Numbered from the stretch's first letter, positions 12,449 to 25,281 are shown. The stretch: 64,000 nt of DNA from Octopus bimaculoides (GCF_001194135.2 NC_069003.1:33008697-33072696), one strand, 5' to 3'. Numbers and translations are program-made. Notes: generated from the letters alone by a model not told the origin.

Positions 12449-13595
12449 CAAATTCCACCAATGTCAACTTTTCCTTTCGTCCCTTTAGAATGAATAAAAT
12501 AACATACCAGTCAGACACTGGGGCCAACGGTATCCCACTACTTTCAGGTTTTGTACTTCTGTATGAGGCTATTAATTCCCATTCCCTTTTTTCTTTTCCT
12601 TCCTATTTTCCTACAGAAAGTATTGCTTCCTCAAATTCTGTCATTCTATTTTCCAGTTGGTTTGTAAAGTTGAAGGTGGCAAATGCTATGATAAATGCAC
12701 AAATTACTATAATCAAGCAACGATTGAGAGTGTCCGAGAAGTTGTTGGAGATACATTGATAGTGGTGAGTATTTTTACCTCTTCTCTATTATTTGTTTCA
12801 TTGGAGTGTGGCCATGCTGGGTCTATGTCTGGAAAGGTTTCATTTGAATGAATCAACCCCAATATTTTCTTTGTAACTCTTTAGCATTTAAACCAGTCAT
12901 ATCCAGCCCAAATATTCTATTTGTTTTATGTTCAAACTGGTTATATCTGGCCTCTCACACCTACCCTACAATGTTATTCTGAAAATAAAAAAACAATCAC
13001 AACATTGAAATCTCAAAGCCACATGATAATGCAGGGTTAATTGAAAACGATATGAATGAATAAGTATTACATTTGACAGAGTGATCTGAATACTAAAGGG
13101 TTAAACTTGGTATTTGTTCTGTCAGTCTCTTTTGCTGAACTGCCAAGTCATGGGGATGTAAACAAACAAACATTGGTTTTCAAGTGGTAGAGGAGGGGAT
13201 AAACACAAACACAGATATCACCTGGCCTCTCACATCTACCCTGCAAAGTCATTCTAGAAATAAGCAATTACTTTATCAAAATCTTGAAGCTATGAGATAA
13301 TGCATGACTCATTCAAAACAGCATGGATAAATTAGCATTACATTTGACAGATTAATCTGAATACTCGTAGGATCCATAGAAATTCCACAGAATGAAAGAG
13401 ATTAAGAAAAGCTATTTAAGAAAGAAAGAAAGAATGGTGCTGCTTTGGCATGTGATCTACAAGGGAGATAACTCTACTGCCCTATATGTCAACCAGCTCT
13501 TTGCCTCCCTCTTCAACTAACCATGTGACTCATTTGACCTTATTATACATCTTTCTCTACTTCTTCCTCACTTCTTTCTTCTCTACTAACACACA

Positions 13596-13673
<78 letters not shown>

Positions 13674-14065
13674 ACACCTATACCTCTCTAACTAACTAAA
13701 GTATAACAGGCGAACGAACAAGCAGATTATTATATAGAAGGTTAAATAGTGGATATGAAAATTACATACGAATGTAGCAATTTAATATCTACTCTTAGTT
13801 TAAACTGTTTTGCTTCTGTGATATTGCTTGGGAGTTTAATGAAATAGGCAGGATCCTAAATGTCCCTGTTTTTTTAATTAATGATCATGTTTATATGTAA
13901 AAAAAAAAATCATATATTTGTGTGTGTGTACATATTTATATATGTACAGTTTTGTATTTGAAATATGTTTAAAGGAAATAGGTGTATTTCATTTTAATTT
14001 TCTGTTATTTACAGACAACGACTTGTGATGGACAGACAATGGTTTCAAAATTCAAAAAACAATAA
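7721..14065 (+). CDS. FABP/iLBP-like paralog A, 138 aa, join(7721..7796,11437..11618,12657..12764,14015..14065)
   Basis: All introns GT-AG; exons 76/182/108/51 nt with phases 1,0,0, the classic three-intron FABP layout. Protein: [138 protein letters not shown]. Confidence 0.92.
8985..9175 (+). mobile_element. Abundant SINE-type repeat (TTTCAGTCATTTGACTGCGGCCATG...family). Also about 9720-9900, 15990-16180, 19400-19640, 35730-35890
   Basis: Multiple near-identical dispersed copies in both orientations. Confidence 0.7.
12873..13104 (+). mobile_element. piggyBac-like MITE (TTAA-CCCTTT...AAAGGG-TTAA). Other copies 20572-20798(-) and 62921-63149(-); partial copies about 13215-13365, 39930-40020, 42130-42220
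   Basis: About 230-bp copies with TTAACCCTTTAGCATT / AATGCTAAAGGGTTAA termini; TTAA plus CCC ends are piggyBac-like. Confidence 0.7.
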
Positions 14066-14137
14066 ATATTAAGAAGGAAATGAAATTTGCAAAAGTGCAC
14101 TGGCAAATATCAACATAATAATAATAACAATAAAAGC

Positions 14138-14173
<36 letters not shown>

Positions 14174-14520
14174 TTAATAATAATAGGAATTTCTAACTGG
14201 AGGGTTGATTAAAATAACCCAAGTATTTTGCTGATAAATATTGCAATAATCTGGAAGACTGGAAGACAAAATCACATTTGGCTGGATTTAAATTGGAAAG
14301 AGAAAATAATGGAATTAAATACTGTAAGACCATTTTGTTAGCTGTTCTGGTGATTCTAACAACATCAACAATAACAATTGTAATATTAGCATTCAAGTCT
14401 TCTTAAATAAAAAAAACAAACAATTAAATTGTTAATTATATGGACTTTTGTTTATTTTCTTTACATTGTTTTAATTTTTCTTCTTGTTTGCTGACTAGAA
14501 TGGTATTTATAAATTTCTTT

Positions 14521-14870
14521 TATTACCTCCGCCTTAGCGAAGGTGGAAGTGTTGTTTGTCTGTGGAGAAGATATCTCAAGAACTGCTGGATGGATTCAGA
14601 TGAAACTTTCAGGGATGTTTGGCCTCTTGACTGGTATGAACTGATTAGATTTTGGGATCGATCTGGTGCCAGACAAGGATTCTGGATTATTTTCCCTGTT
14701 TTTTTATTTAACTTTTGAGAGTGGTCAGGTTCATTTTTAGTATTCTTCTTTGTGAGAGCAGTCGAGTTTATTTCAGATATTCTTATTTTTAAAATCATCT
14801 CTGGCTAATCATTGAGAGGAAGTTGGTGTTGCCTTGGTGGAGGTTTGCACTCTCTGAGTGCTCTTGTTTT
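14521..14870 (+). mobile_element. Helentron-associated (HINE/DINE-1-like) non-autonomous element; second copy 20049-20380(-)
   Basis: 5' subTIR ACCTCCGCC with a nearby partial inverted copy, 3' subTIR GGTGGAGGT, terminal stem-loop GCACTC-TCT-GAGTGC and T-rich end. Confidence 0.7.
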
Positions 14871-15149
14871 AATTGTTAGCAGCTTGAAGTACACAAACTC
14901 ATTAAACTTTTCTGTCTTCCTGTCAGTGCCAATCTATGGAAACATGGTGCAGCATCTTCCATTCCAAAATCACAGATTCTTCCAACTACCAAACCTCTAT
15001 CACCTTTACCCCGATAAAGATGGTCATGAACAACTTTCTCCTTCAACATCTTATATAACCTCTCTCTCTCTCTCTCTCTCTCCCTTCCTCTCTCTCTCTC
15101 TCTCTCTCCCCCTCTCTCTCTTTGTCAGTCTTCAGTTTCCATTAGCATC

Positions 15150-15565
15150 CAATTTACCAAAGACTTTCTCTTCTACATCACACTGCAGCGGTTTCTGTCA
15201 AGTAGTTGGTTACCAGGATGGAATTGTGGACTGGTTCAGGTGCTTGGGCCTTTTGGGAAGAAATTTCTTCCTGAACTCCTTCAAGACCTCCACAAAGTAC
15301 TCTTTGTTGACTGTCAGGCCTGAGGGAACCCAGTGGATGTAGATGATTCTTTGGCTGTTGAAAAAGGGAATCATCATTAACTTCCCAGTGAACTTCCATA
15401 GCCTGGTTTCTTGTACCAGTGTAGAACAGATGCTCAGTTAATCCATAAGCAGTCTGGAGCATTTCATAAGTTTCTGTGGCATTTTCGCCCAGTTTAACAC
15501 AAAACTTTTTTTCCATAATGGGCTTCCATATTGTCATCACATCGTGACTGCATTCTGAAACCAAA
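15150..15565 (-). pseudogene. Degenerate, internally deleted mariner transposase fragment
   Basis: KFCVKLGENATETYEMLQTAYG (N-terminal HTH). In shifted frames: QTVNKEYFVEVLKEFRKKFLPKRP and PVHNSILVTNYLTE (catalytic region). Confidence 0.85.
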
Positions 15566-16371
15566 TGTTTAGCAGCATGGATTCAAAGTACTGCTATTGT
15601 TGTCTCCCACGATCTGGAATGACAAAAGCTGGCTGGTCAGCTCATTAGATGTATAGTAATGATTATTTCTACTCTAGGCACAAGTCCATAAAAATTTTGG
15701 CTGGAAGGGGGCTAGTCGATTATATTGACCCTGGTGTGTAACTGGTACTTATTTCATCGACTCCAAAAGGGTGAAAGGCAAAGCTGACCTCGGCAGAATT
15801 TGAACTCAGAACATAGTGGCAGACGAAATACCACTAAGCATTTTGTCCAACATGCTAACGTTTCTTATTTTTTTATTGCCCACAAGGGGCTAAACATAGA
15901 GGGGACAAACAAGGACAGACAAAGGAATNNNNNNNNNNGGGGGGGGAGGGGCCCATGTAACATTTTGTTGCTAAAATTTCATCATCATCATTTAATGTCT
16001 GTTGTCCATGCTGGTGTGTTTATGTCCCCGTAACTTAGCGGTTCGGCAAAAGAAATCGATAGAATAAGTACTAGGCTTCCAAAGAATAAGTCCTGGGGTC
16101 GATTTGCTCCACTAAAGATGGTGCTCCAGCATGGCCACAGTCAAATGACTGAAACAAGTAAAAGAGTAAAAGAGATAGATCGTTTTCATCATTTGTTAAC
16201 ATCTACTTTTCCATGCTTGCATGGATCAGATGGAAGTTGTTGAGGCAGATTTCCTAGAAGACTGAATGCTTACCCTGTCACCAACCTTCATCTGTTTCCA
16301 GGTAAGACATTATTTACTCATGAACAGACATATTTTTACTGCTGGCTTTCGGGGTCAATAAATTAAGTACC

Positions 16372-16653
16372 ACAGATCTATATTTAAGAGATGAAGAATT
16401 ATGTACATTATTTACAATTGACAGATATTTGTCCTCATCTTGTTTGTTGACACAACGTTTCAGCTGATATATCATCCAGCCTTCATCAGGTGTCTTGGGG
16501 AAATTTCGAACCTGGGTTCTCATTCCTAAGGTATTTTTCAATGTTGTTATTATTATTATTATTATTCAGGTCACTGCTTGGAATCGAACTTGGAATCTTG
16601 GGGTTAGTATCCCGCGCTCTTAACCACTATACCCACGGGCATATGGCGTAGTG
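16372..16653 (-). mobile_element. tRNA-derived SINE-like element with a Penelope-type 3' tail containing a hammerhead motif
   Basis: Minus strand: A box TAGTGGTTAAG, B box GTTCGATTCC, (AAT)n spacer, then a tail with CTGATGA...GAAACGT. Inverted duplication of the head at 16621-16653. Confidence 0.7.
16449..16494 (-). ncRNA. Minimal type-I hammerhead ribozyme motif
   Basis: GACAC-CTGATGA-A-GGCTG-gatgatatat-CAGCT-GAAA-CG-T-T-GTGTC: 5-bp stem I, 5-bp stem II, loopless palindromic stem III (ACGU), GUU cleavage triplet. Confidence 0.7.
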
Positions 16654-17154
16654 TTTGGTAGAATCAGTGATTTTTGGGGGGATGGGACTCACTGCACCAT
16701 GTTTCCATAGATCAGGATAGACAGGAAGATGGAAAAGTTTAATGAGTTAGAGAACTTCTCATCTTTAACAATTAAAATAAAATGAATTTATAAATACGGT
16801 TCTCGTTAACAAACAAGAAGAAAAATCAAAATAATATAAATAAAATTTGAAAAAAACTCATATAATTCACAATTTAATTGCTTCTTTTATTCAAAGTGAC
16901 ATGATGTTGATTTGTTTTTAGAATCAACAAAACAGCAAACAAAATGGTCTTGCAGTATTTTATTCCATTATTTTCTCTTTCCAGTTTAAATCCTGCCAGA
17001 TCTGGTTTTGTCGTTCATTTTTCTGGATTATTGGAATATGTGTCAATAAAATACTTGGATTTTGGATTATTTTAGTTAACTGTCCAATTCGAAATTTCTA
17101 CACTATGTTGGTGTTTGCAAATGTTTTTTTCCAATTTCATTTTCTCCTTAATTC

Positions 17155-17557
17155 TTATCCTCTTTTGAATTTTGAAACCACTGATGTCCCATCACAAGAT
17201 GTTGTCTGTAAAAAAACAGAAGATTAAAATGAAACGCATCTCTTTTCAGTTACATATTTCAAATACAAAACTAGATAAAGCTACAACATAGATTTTCTGG
17301 ACACAGACAGTCCCAAACCTGCTGTAATCCACATTGGTCTACAACAGGGGCCGACTGAGAGTATTAAGGGCCCTCGAGCATAACTGTATACCAGGCCCCT
17401 TACCATTGATTTAATAGTTAACCCTGAGCGGTTCCTTCCCCTGGAGGGAAAATTCCCCCTCCTTATATTACTCAGCAAACTTCCTTTCTCTCTCTCTCTT
17501 ACTCCAAAAGCAACTGTAGGTGGCAGCACCAACAGCCGCTAGTCAAAATTCCCACAA

Positions 17558-17598
<41 letters not shown>

Positions 17599-17633
17599 TA
17601 AATACACACATACACATAAGCATATATATGTAT

Positions 17634-17679
<46 letters not shown>

Positions 17680-17709
17680 GTGTATATGTGTGTGTGTGTA
17701 TACACATGA

Positions 17710-17743
<34 letters not shown>

Positions 17744-20700
17744 GCAATTATTGATAAATACTTACCACAACCATTGTGTCTCCCACAACTTCTCGGACAT
17801 TCTCAATTTCTGCTCGATTATAAGATTCAGTCAATTTATCATACCATTTGTTACCTTCAACTTTACAAACCAACTGGAAAATTATAATGACAGAATATTA
17901 ACATTGTGGGTATGATACTTTCTGTAAGGAAATAGGAGGAGAACAAAATAATACAGCGGTCATCAGATGAGGCTGAATGGAAAAAGTATGGCCTGGGCTC
18001 TTTGCTAATGGAGGCCTGAAAACCCCACATCTGATTTATGGGTTTCAGAAGTGTAGTAAAAATATGGAACAAAATTCATGGATTAAAGAGCGTAGACCAA
18101 AACCAAAACAAACAAGGTTTGCTCTTAAGTACATTGGAATTACCATGAAATACACGTTTAATTTTTCAAACTAAAATATCATTATCATCATCATCATTGT
18201 TTAATGTCCGCCTTCCATGCTAGCATGGGTTGGACGATTTGACTGAGGACTGGCGAACCAGATGGCTTCTGGCAATAATCACGCTTTGCTTAGAGACAAA
18301 AAAAACTGTAGGTTGACTTATACCCCAAGATAACTTTAGAGGGCCAAGCATTCCATATTAAATGTCACAGAATTTAGGAAAATAATGACAACGTTTGAAT
18401 AATTTATATTACATAATTACACCATATATTACATCAACTTGTATGTTGGAAAATACAATCCATTGACTAGTATGTCATGATTCAGGTAGCTTAAAATCCA
18501 CCCCAGTTGGCTAATATACAATTGTGCTTATGAGGGCAAGGTGTGAAAATTTCCTTTTTAAAGTACAGATGGGCCCCTGGAAGGAAGGAGATTTTCAATT
18601 TGATTTTTTATCCTACTAAACTCATATACATACATACAAAAATACGTGTGTGTATGTGTGCGTGTGTGTGTATGCATAGTGGATGAGAAAATATAACAGA
18701 AAAGTAGAGAGAAAATGATAACAAAATTATAAAAAGTTTAACTGACCGTAAATTTTTGTCCATAAAAATCTGTATCAGAGAAGGTTTCATTCATCTTAAA
18801 ATGATAGGATTTATTGTAAGCAGGATCGTCGACAAAGCCTGTAGTCATTTTAAACAGATCACCATCTTTTACAGTTTCCAGAAAACCTGTATTGGACATC
18901 TTTTTATCAATTACTTCCTTCGGAAAGTCTGCAAAATATGGTAAAATTTCATGTAAAGGAAAGCAATGAAATAAGATTAAAAAAATCCAAAAAAAAAAAA
19001 ATCAAACCAAAAGATAAATAGTTTGAGAAGCTGATAAATCAACTTGGGATTNNNNNNNNNNNNNNNNNNNNNNNNNNNNNNNNNNNNNNNNNNNNNNNNN
19101 NNNNNNNNNNNNNNNNNNNNNNNNNNNNNNNNNNNNNNNNNNNNNNNNNNNNNNNNNNNNNNNNNNNNNNNNNNNNNNNNNNNNNNNNNNNNNNNNNNNN
19201 NNNNNNNNNNNNNNNNNNNNNNNNNNNNNNNNNNNNNNNNNNNNNNNNNNNNNNNNNNNNNNNNNNNNNNNNNNNNNNNNNNNNNNNNNNNNNNNNNNNN
19301 NNNNNNNNNNNNNNNNNNNNNNNNNNNNNNNNNNNNNNNNNNNNNNNNNNNNNNNNNNNNNNNNNNNNNNNNNNNNNNNNNATATACATATATATATATA
19401 TGTTTGTGTGTCTGTGTTTGTCCCCCACACCATCGCTTAACAAACAATGTTGGAGTGTTTATGTCCCCTTAACTTAACGGTTTGGCAAAAGAGACCGATA
19501 GAAAAAGTACTAAGTTTGACTGTGGCCATGCTGGAGCACCGCCTTTAGTCGAGCAAGTCAGCCCCAGGACTTATTCTTTGTAAGCCTAGTACTTATTCTA
19601 TCGTCCCTTTTGCCGAACCGCTAAGTTACGGGGACAAATGAAAAATTTCTGTTTTTGTCAGAGCAGCAGTTGCTAGTGTCAATCAAATTGGCTTCAATTC
19701 ACAGCACCTTTTCACATTTAAGGCTGCACTATTTAACAGATATCTGCAGAAGATTTGATCACAGCAACCTAACGAACTAATGGTACAATTTGTATGACAT
19801 TTCAAAAAGGGTGTATTTAACATTTTCCTTTGTTTGCTAATTGCTAGTAATATCTTATCACAGCTACAAAGTGTTGTAAAGGAGGTGGTATGAGGGTTAT
19901 ATTAAGATTTTGGTCAGTGTAAAGTTCATGAAGTATGTTGAAGAGATAACAAGACTAAAATATGTACAGGGTTGCCAAGGTAATTAAAATAATATCAGTA
20001 ATTGGTTAATGTTACTTTTCCCTCATCAAAAAAATAATTGAAGTAAATAAAACAAGAGCACTCAGAGGGTGCAAACCTCTGCCAAGGCAACACCAATGTC
20101 CTTTCAATGATTAGCCAGAGATGATTTTTAAGATGAGAATATCTGAAATAAACTCAACTGCTCTCACAAACAAGAATACTAAAACTGAAAAATAATCCAG
20201 AATCCTTGTCTGGTACCAGATCGATTGCAAAATTTAATCAGTTCATGCCAGTCACGAGGCCAAACATCCTTGAAAGTTTCATCCGAATCCATCCAGCAGT
20301 TCTTGAGATATCTTGTCCACGGACAAACACACAAACACAACTGAAAACAATACCTCCGCCTTCGCTAAGGCAAAGGTAATGAATTAAGGTAAATAACTCA
20401 AATGGAATTAATAACATGGATTTACAATTATGGAGTTATAGAAAGATAATGCTAACTTGATTAATATTTTGATAAATGAATGCAGTACATATTAAATAAA
20501 TGAAGAATTATATCTTCAAAAAATTATCTCACTTGCAAATATTTATAAGATGACCATCCACAATGATTTCATCAACACTTTAGCATTCAGGTTTCTCTGT
20601 CAAATTTAATGCTTCTTTATTGACATTAATCATGGACATTAATCATGGATTATCTCTTAGCTTTGGGGTTTCAGAGTAGTCATTGCTTATTGTTAGAATG

Positions 20701-20845
20701 ATATTGTGGGATAGGTGTGAGAGGCCAGATCTGGCCAGATTGAACATAAAACAGGTAGGATATTTGGGCTGGATATGCTTTAAATGTTAAAGGGTTAAAT
20801 ATATCATAGAAGTGCTTATGTATTTATTTTTTCTTTCATATAATC

Positions 20846-20882
<37 letters not shown>

Positions 20883-21400
20883 AATAATAAGCTTGCATTT
20901 ATGCACTTTGCTTATTGATAGCTGCAAGTCAAGGACAAACCAAAGAGTCATTGTACCAAATCAAATGACTAATATATTCTAGTCACACACAACACAAGTA
21001 TGTTCTTGAATCACAAGACTGTTTAAGTGGGGGAAAACTTTGCATTGGTGAGCTATAACCAGTAGAAATAGCAGCCACATCACCCCAACCACAGATATGC
21101 ACACACACACACACACATACACACACATAAAATATACTGTCTAATGTATGTAAAATCAACTAAAGTCAACCATCACCCTCATGTGAGCATACACATACAC
21201 ATAGACATACAAACCCCAGACATACAGCCATGCAAACCATAATCACACATAACCACACAAACACACGTATACACACACACACACTCATGTGCATGCACAC
21301 ATACACATGCATGCACGTAGGCACACACAGACCACACACATGCACACATAGACACATACATGTGCACATGCACACATATGCATGCACTCATATGCACATG

Positions 21401-21441
<41 letters not shown>

Positions 21442-22127
21442 TCACATTTCCACTCACACAACCAACAAACTACATCCATGCATTTTTATGCTTTTATGTT
21501 CCTGGTGGCACAGTGTGTCCTTGAGCAAGACACTTTATTTCATGTTGCTCCAGTCCACTCAATTAGTAAAAACAAGCGGCGCCTGCATTTGAAAGGGCCA
21601 GCTTTGTCACATCCTGTGTTGTACTAAATCTCCCCCAAAACCAAGTTAAGGATACACACACCTGTGGAGTACTCAATCACTTGCACATTAATTTCACCAG
21701 CAGACTGTTCTGTCGATCGGATCGACTGGAACCCACGTCATCATAACTGACAGAGATCCCAGTATGTTATATTAGCCACAACAAAAACAAACAAATGAAA
21801 ATATAAAGAGAAACAATAAAAACAAAATGCAATGAAGCACCACAAACACATTCACTGGCTTGGCAACATATTCATAATATTTAACAATATAACATTAAAA
21901 TCAATTGGAGAAATCGAAGCTGGTAAAAGGTTATAGTAAGGAGATGAAAATTTTCTGATACAAGCTCTAAGAGATATACACTTCATCAGAAATAGAAACA
22001 AATTCATGCAATAAAAAAAAAGGGAATAAATAAGCCAATATAAGATAATACCCAGTGTCTCCATAAATTTGCGCTTGGTTTCCACATCTTCTTTGATTTC
22101 CACCCATTTTCCAAGAAATTGTTCCAT
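17155..22127 (-). CDS. FABP/iLBP-like paralog B, 138 aa, complement join(22052..22127,18747..18928,17766..17873,17155..17205)
   Basis: Same exon sizes and phases as paralog A, all GT-AG; 87/138 aa identical to A by manual alignment. Protein: [139 protein letters not shown]. Confidence 0.92.
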
Positions 22128-22257
22128 AGTTATTATTTTTTATTATATGATATATAAATATATATGTATGTATATATATATATACAGAGAGAGAGAACCC
22201 TGTTGTTTTGTCAGAGTGACAATAATGAACACTATGTATCAGTTGTTGATTCAATTG

Positions 22258-22265
22258 CTTTTATA
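22258..22265 (-). promoter_or_regulatory. TATA box (TATAAAAG) of FABP paralog B
   Basis: Consensus TATA about 130 nt upstream of the ATG, followed by CAATTGA, similar to the sequence after the equivalent site in paralog C. Confidence 0.55.
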
Positions 22266-24200
22266 CCAGCTTCTATGGAATATATAAAACTTATCAAGCT
22301 TCTTCAGGCATTTATAATTATGATGATGGAGAATAACAGGGTGTAACCACACACAATTAATATCACTTCTCGTTCATTATACACCCCGACTGTTTTTTAT
22401 TTTTATTTTCACACACACACACACACACATATATATATGTATGTATATTATTTTGTTTTTACTTTTTCTTTCCCTCTTCTTCCCTCTCCTTCTTTCTCTA
22501 AGTGCTGTTAATTACTTGAATCACATATTTTAGATCAACTGACTAAAACAAGAAGTAACAATAAAGTTAATAGAGTGTGCACACAAGAGAAATACATAAT
22601 TTCTTTCTAAATATTCTCAATACCATTATATATATATATATTTCGCTTTTTCTCTCTCTCCCTCTCCCTTTCTGCTTAATTATTCAATTCACTTAACTAA
22701 TTCATGTTACACCTGATAAGCAAGCAGACTCCAACAACAGATAATTTGAATTATGCTGAAGTTCTAACTGAAAATCAAACCATGTGGAACTAACAAACCC
22801 TGGTTTGGAGGCACAATAGACTGTGCTGGTCCACAAAAGACCCCGGCCCAATGGCCAGGACCTTTTAACTTTTAAAGAGGTTCACGCTATTACACCGTTT
22901 AAACATCCCCACTCTTCCCTTTACATAATGTCACTATTTGCTAGAGGGAACAGATGAAAAAGATTCGCAGCTAGATATTTCATGGGTTCAAATTTCATGG
23001 TTAACAGACTGGGGTAGCTACCCAACTAACTGGTGCATAATCCCATAACTTCATCCCATCCAATTCTTGATTTCAAGGGCACAAGGTAGCATTGGAGCCC
23101 TCTGGGCAAAGTAATGTTCTTGAGCTCCTACATTTATTTACTAACAACAAGCCTTTAGCATACATAAATTAGCATTGGGACCCTAAACAGTATGGGTCCT
23201 GGCCTTTAGACTGGCACTGCCTAACAGACATCATTGCAAGGATAGAATTTCAAGAGGCCAACTCACAATCATTGACACCCAACAGATTTTTTTTTACTGG
23301 TATTGAAGTATTGGGTGAGAATAAACCAAGACCTTTAGTCTCTTTCTCTTCCACCCCTCCCCACACCACCACCTATAATTAAATTTTAATGAAATTTAAC
23401 ACCACCCAAATTCGCAAGGTAAGTCTTTCTTACTAACCAAAGACAAAAAAAAAAAATAAATAAAAATTTTGTGACAGTGTAGTACTCAGATGATGTGTAA
23501 TTTTGTAGGTGAGGCATGTAAGTAGGAGGTCTGCATTTAACACATCTTCTGTTAAACAGACAGAAATAAATAGGTAGATGGTTAAATGGATGGATATATG
23601 GATGGATAACTGTATAATTTTGTGATTAGAATAAAATGAAGCTTTGTTCAGTTTAATTTGTCATTCAGTGTGATGGCATGTGAATGGTATGCTAATTGAG
23701 CCGGCATAACAGTTTGTATGGGAAAAAAATGAACTTCAACGAAGCATTCTTATGAATATAGGACAGGTTATAGGGTCTAGAAAATTTGTTACTAATTGAA
23801 GAATTTGTGGGGATGAAGATAATGGCAGTTAAGGGTATTTGCTGTGATGGCAGAGTATGTATGTATGTAGCTTTTATATTCTGTATATTCTGATTAACAA
23901 TGAAAGAAGAGAAAAGGAAAGCAATAAAAGAGAATGGTAAGTTAATTATTTGTGAATAACTGTTGCAGAATCCTTTTTATTGGGGACTCACAGAATACAA
24001 AATATGTGGTGCATCACTTGAAAGATAAGCAATGGAGTCAATTGTCCGTGAGAAATGTGGGTGAATTATAGAAGATAAATTTTTTTAACAAAGTGTTTAA
24101 AAAATAAAGAGCCACATTGTGATGCTAAGCAGTTAAGCATGAAACAGTAAGTGATTATGACATGAAACTAAGCATGTTAATATATAATTTGGTGAGATAG

Positions 24201-24570
24201 TGTGGAGGCGCAATGGCCCAGTGTTTAGGGCAGAGGATTCACAGTCGTAGGATCATGGTTTCGATTCCCAGACTGGGCATTGTGAGTGTTTATTGAGTGA
24301 AACCACCTAAAACTCCACGAGGCTCCGGCAGGGGAGGGTGGTGAACCCTACTGTACTCTTTCACCACAACTTTCTTCTTGTTTCTGTTGTACCTGAATTT
24401 CAAAGGGCCAGTCTTGTCACACTCTGTGTCATGCTGAATTTCCCTGAGAACTACATTATGGGTACACATGTCTGTGGAGTGCTCAGCCACTTGCACGTTA
24501 ATTTCACAAGCAGGCTGTTCTGTCGATCGGATCAACTGGAACCCTCGACGTCGTAAGCGATGGAGTGCCA
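24201..24570 (+). mobile_element. tRNA-derived SINE, about 380 bp. Copies 31139-31518(-) and 60840-61228(+); partial copies about 21500-21760 and 27100-27400
   Basis: Head GGAGGCGCAATGGCC(C/T)AGTGGTTAGGG with A box and B box GTTTCGATTCC; conserved body; (AAC)n tail in the 60840 copy. Confidence 0.88.
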
Positions 24571-25281
24571 CGGGTAGTGAGATAGTATAGGAGTGATTTA
24601 TATATGCATATCAAGAGATGTATGGATGTGCTCCCTGATTGGCACCCATGCCAGTGGCACGGAAAAAGCACCATTCAAGAGTGGCTGATGCCAGTGCCAC
24701 CTGACTGGCACCCATGCCAGAGGCATTGAAGAAAACATCGCTCATGTTCACCTTATGACAGGTGAACATTAAGCCATAAAATTTGTCTATGGAAAGGACA
24801 AGCATCATTTATTACAACAACATACTTCCCATTCACCTATTAGATTTCATCTCCCACCTCTCTCTCTTTATATATATACATATATATATACACACAAAGA
24901 AGTGCTGAAAAGTTTCTGGCTTTGGGTAAAAGAAAATACAGAAGCATCAGTTAATTATGATTTTATTGAACATATTCCCCTCTCAGATTCACACACTTAC
25001 TGCAGTGGTCCTTCAGGTTTTCTAAGCCCTGTAAAAGATCTCAGAAGCTGCTAATAGGGTCATAAAATCTTCACTTCTATTTAATGAAGCAAATGGCTAC
25101 AAAAACCTGTTGCTAATATCTGACTTAAAAACTGACTGATAAAATGGCCAATTATCCTGTCTAAGTAAAATAACATTCCCTTTCCCAAGGCAATTCTTGG
25201 TACCCATTTGTTTATACCATGTAAATGTGTTCATGTGGACACACCCAACATGGTATGCTGCACTTAACATGAAATCTATGG

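Noticed and set aside
17499-17915. ORFs of YIYI/VCVC/HTHT/LSLS repeats throughout the window
   Set aside because: Translations of microsatellites.
24201-24275. tRNA-like sequences (also about 60840-60915, 31820-31880, 16575-16640)
   Set aside because: They are SINE heads followed by SINE bodies and lack a proper acceptor stem; not tRNA genes.
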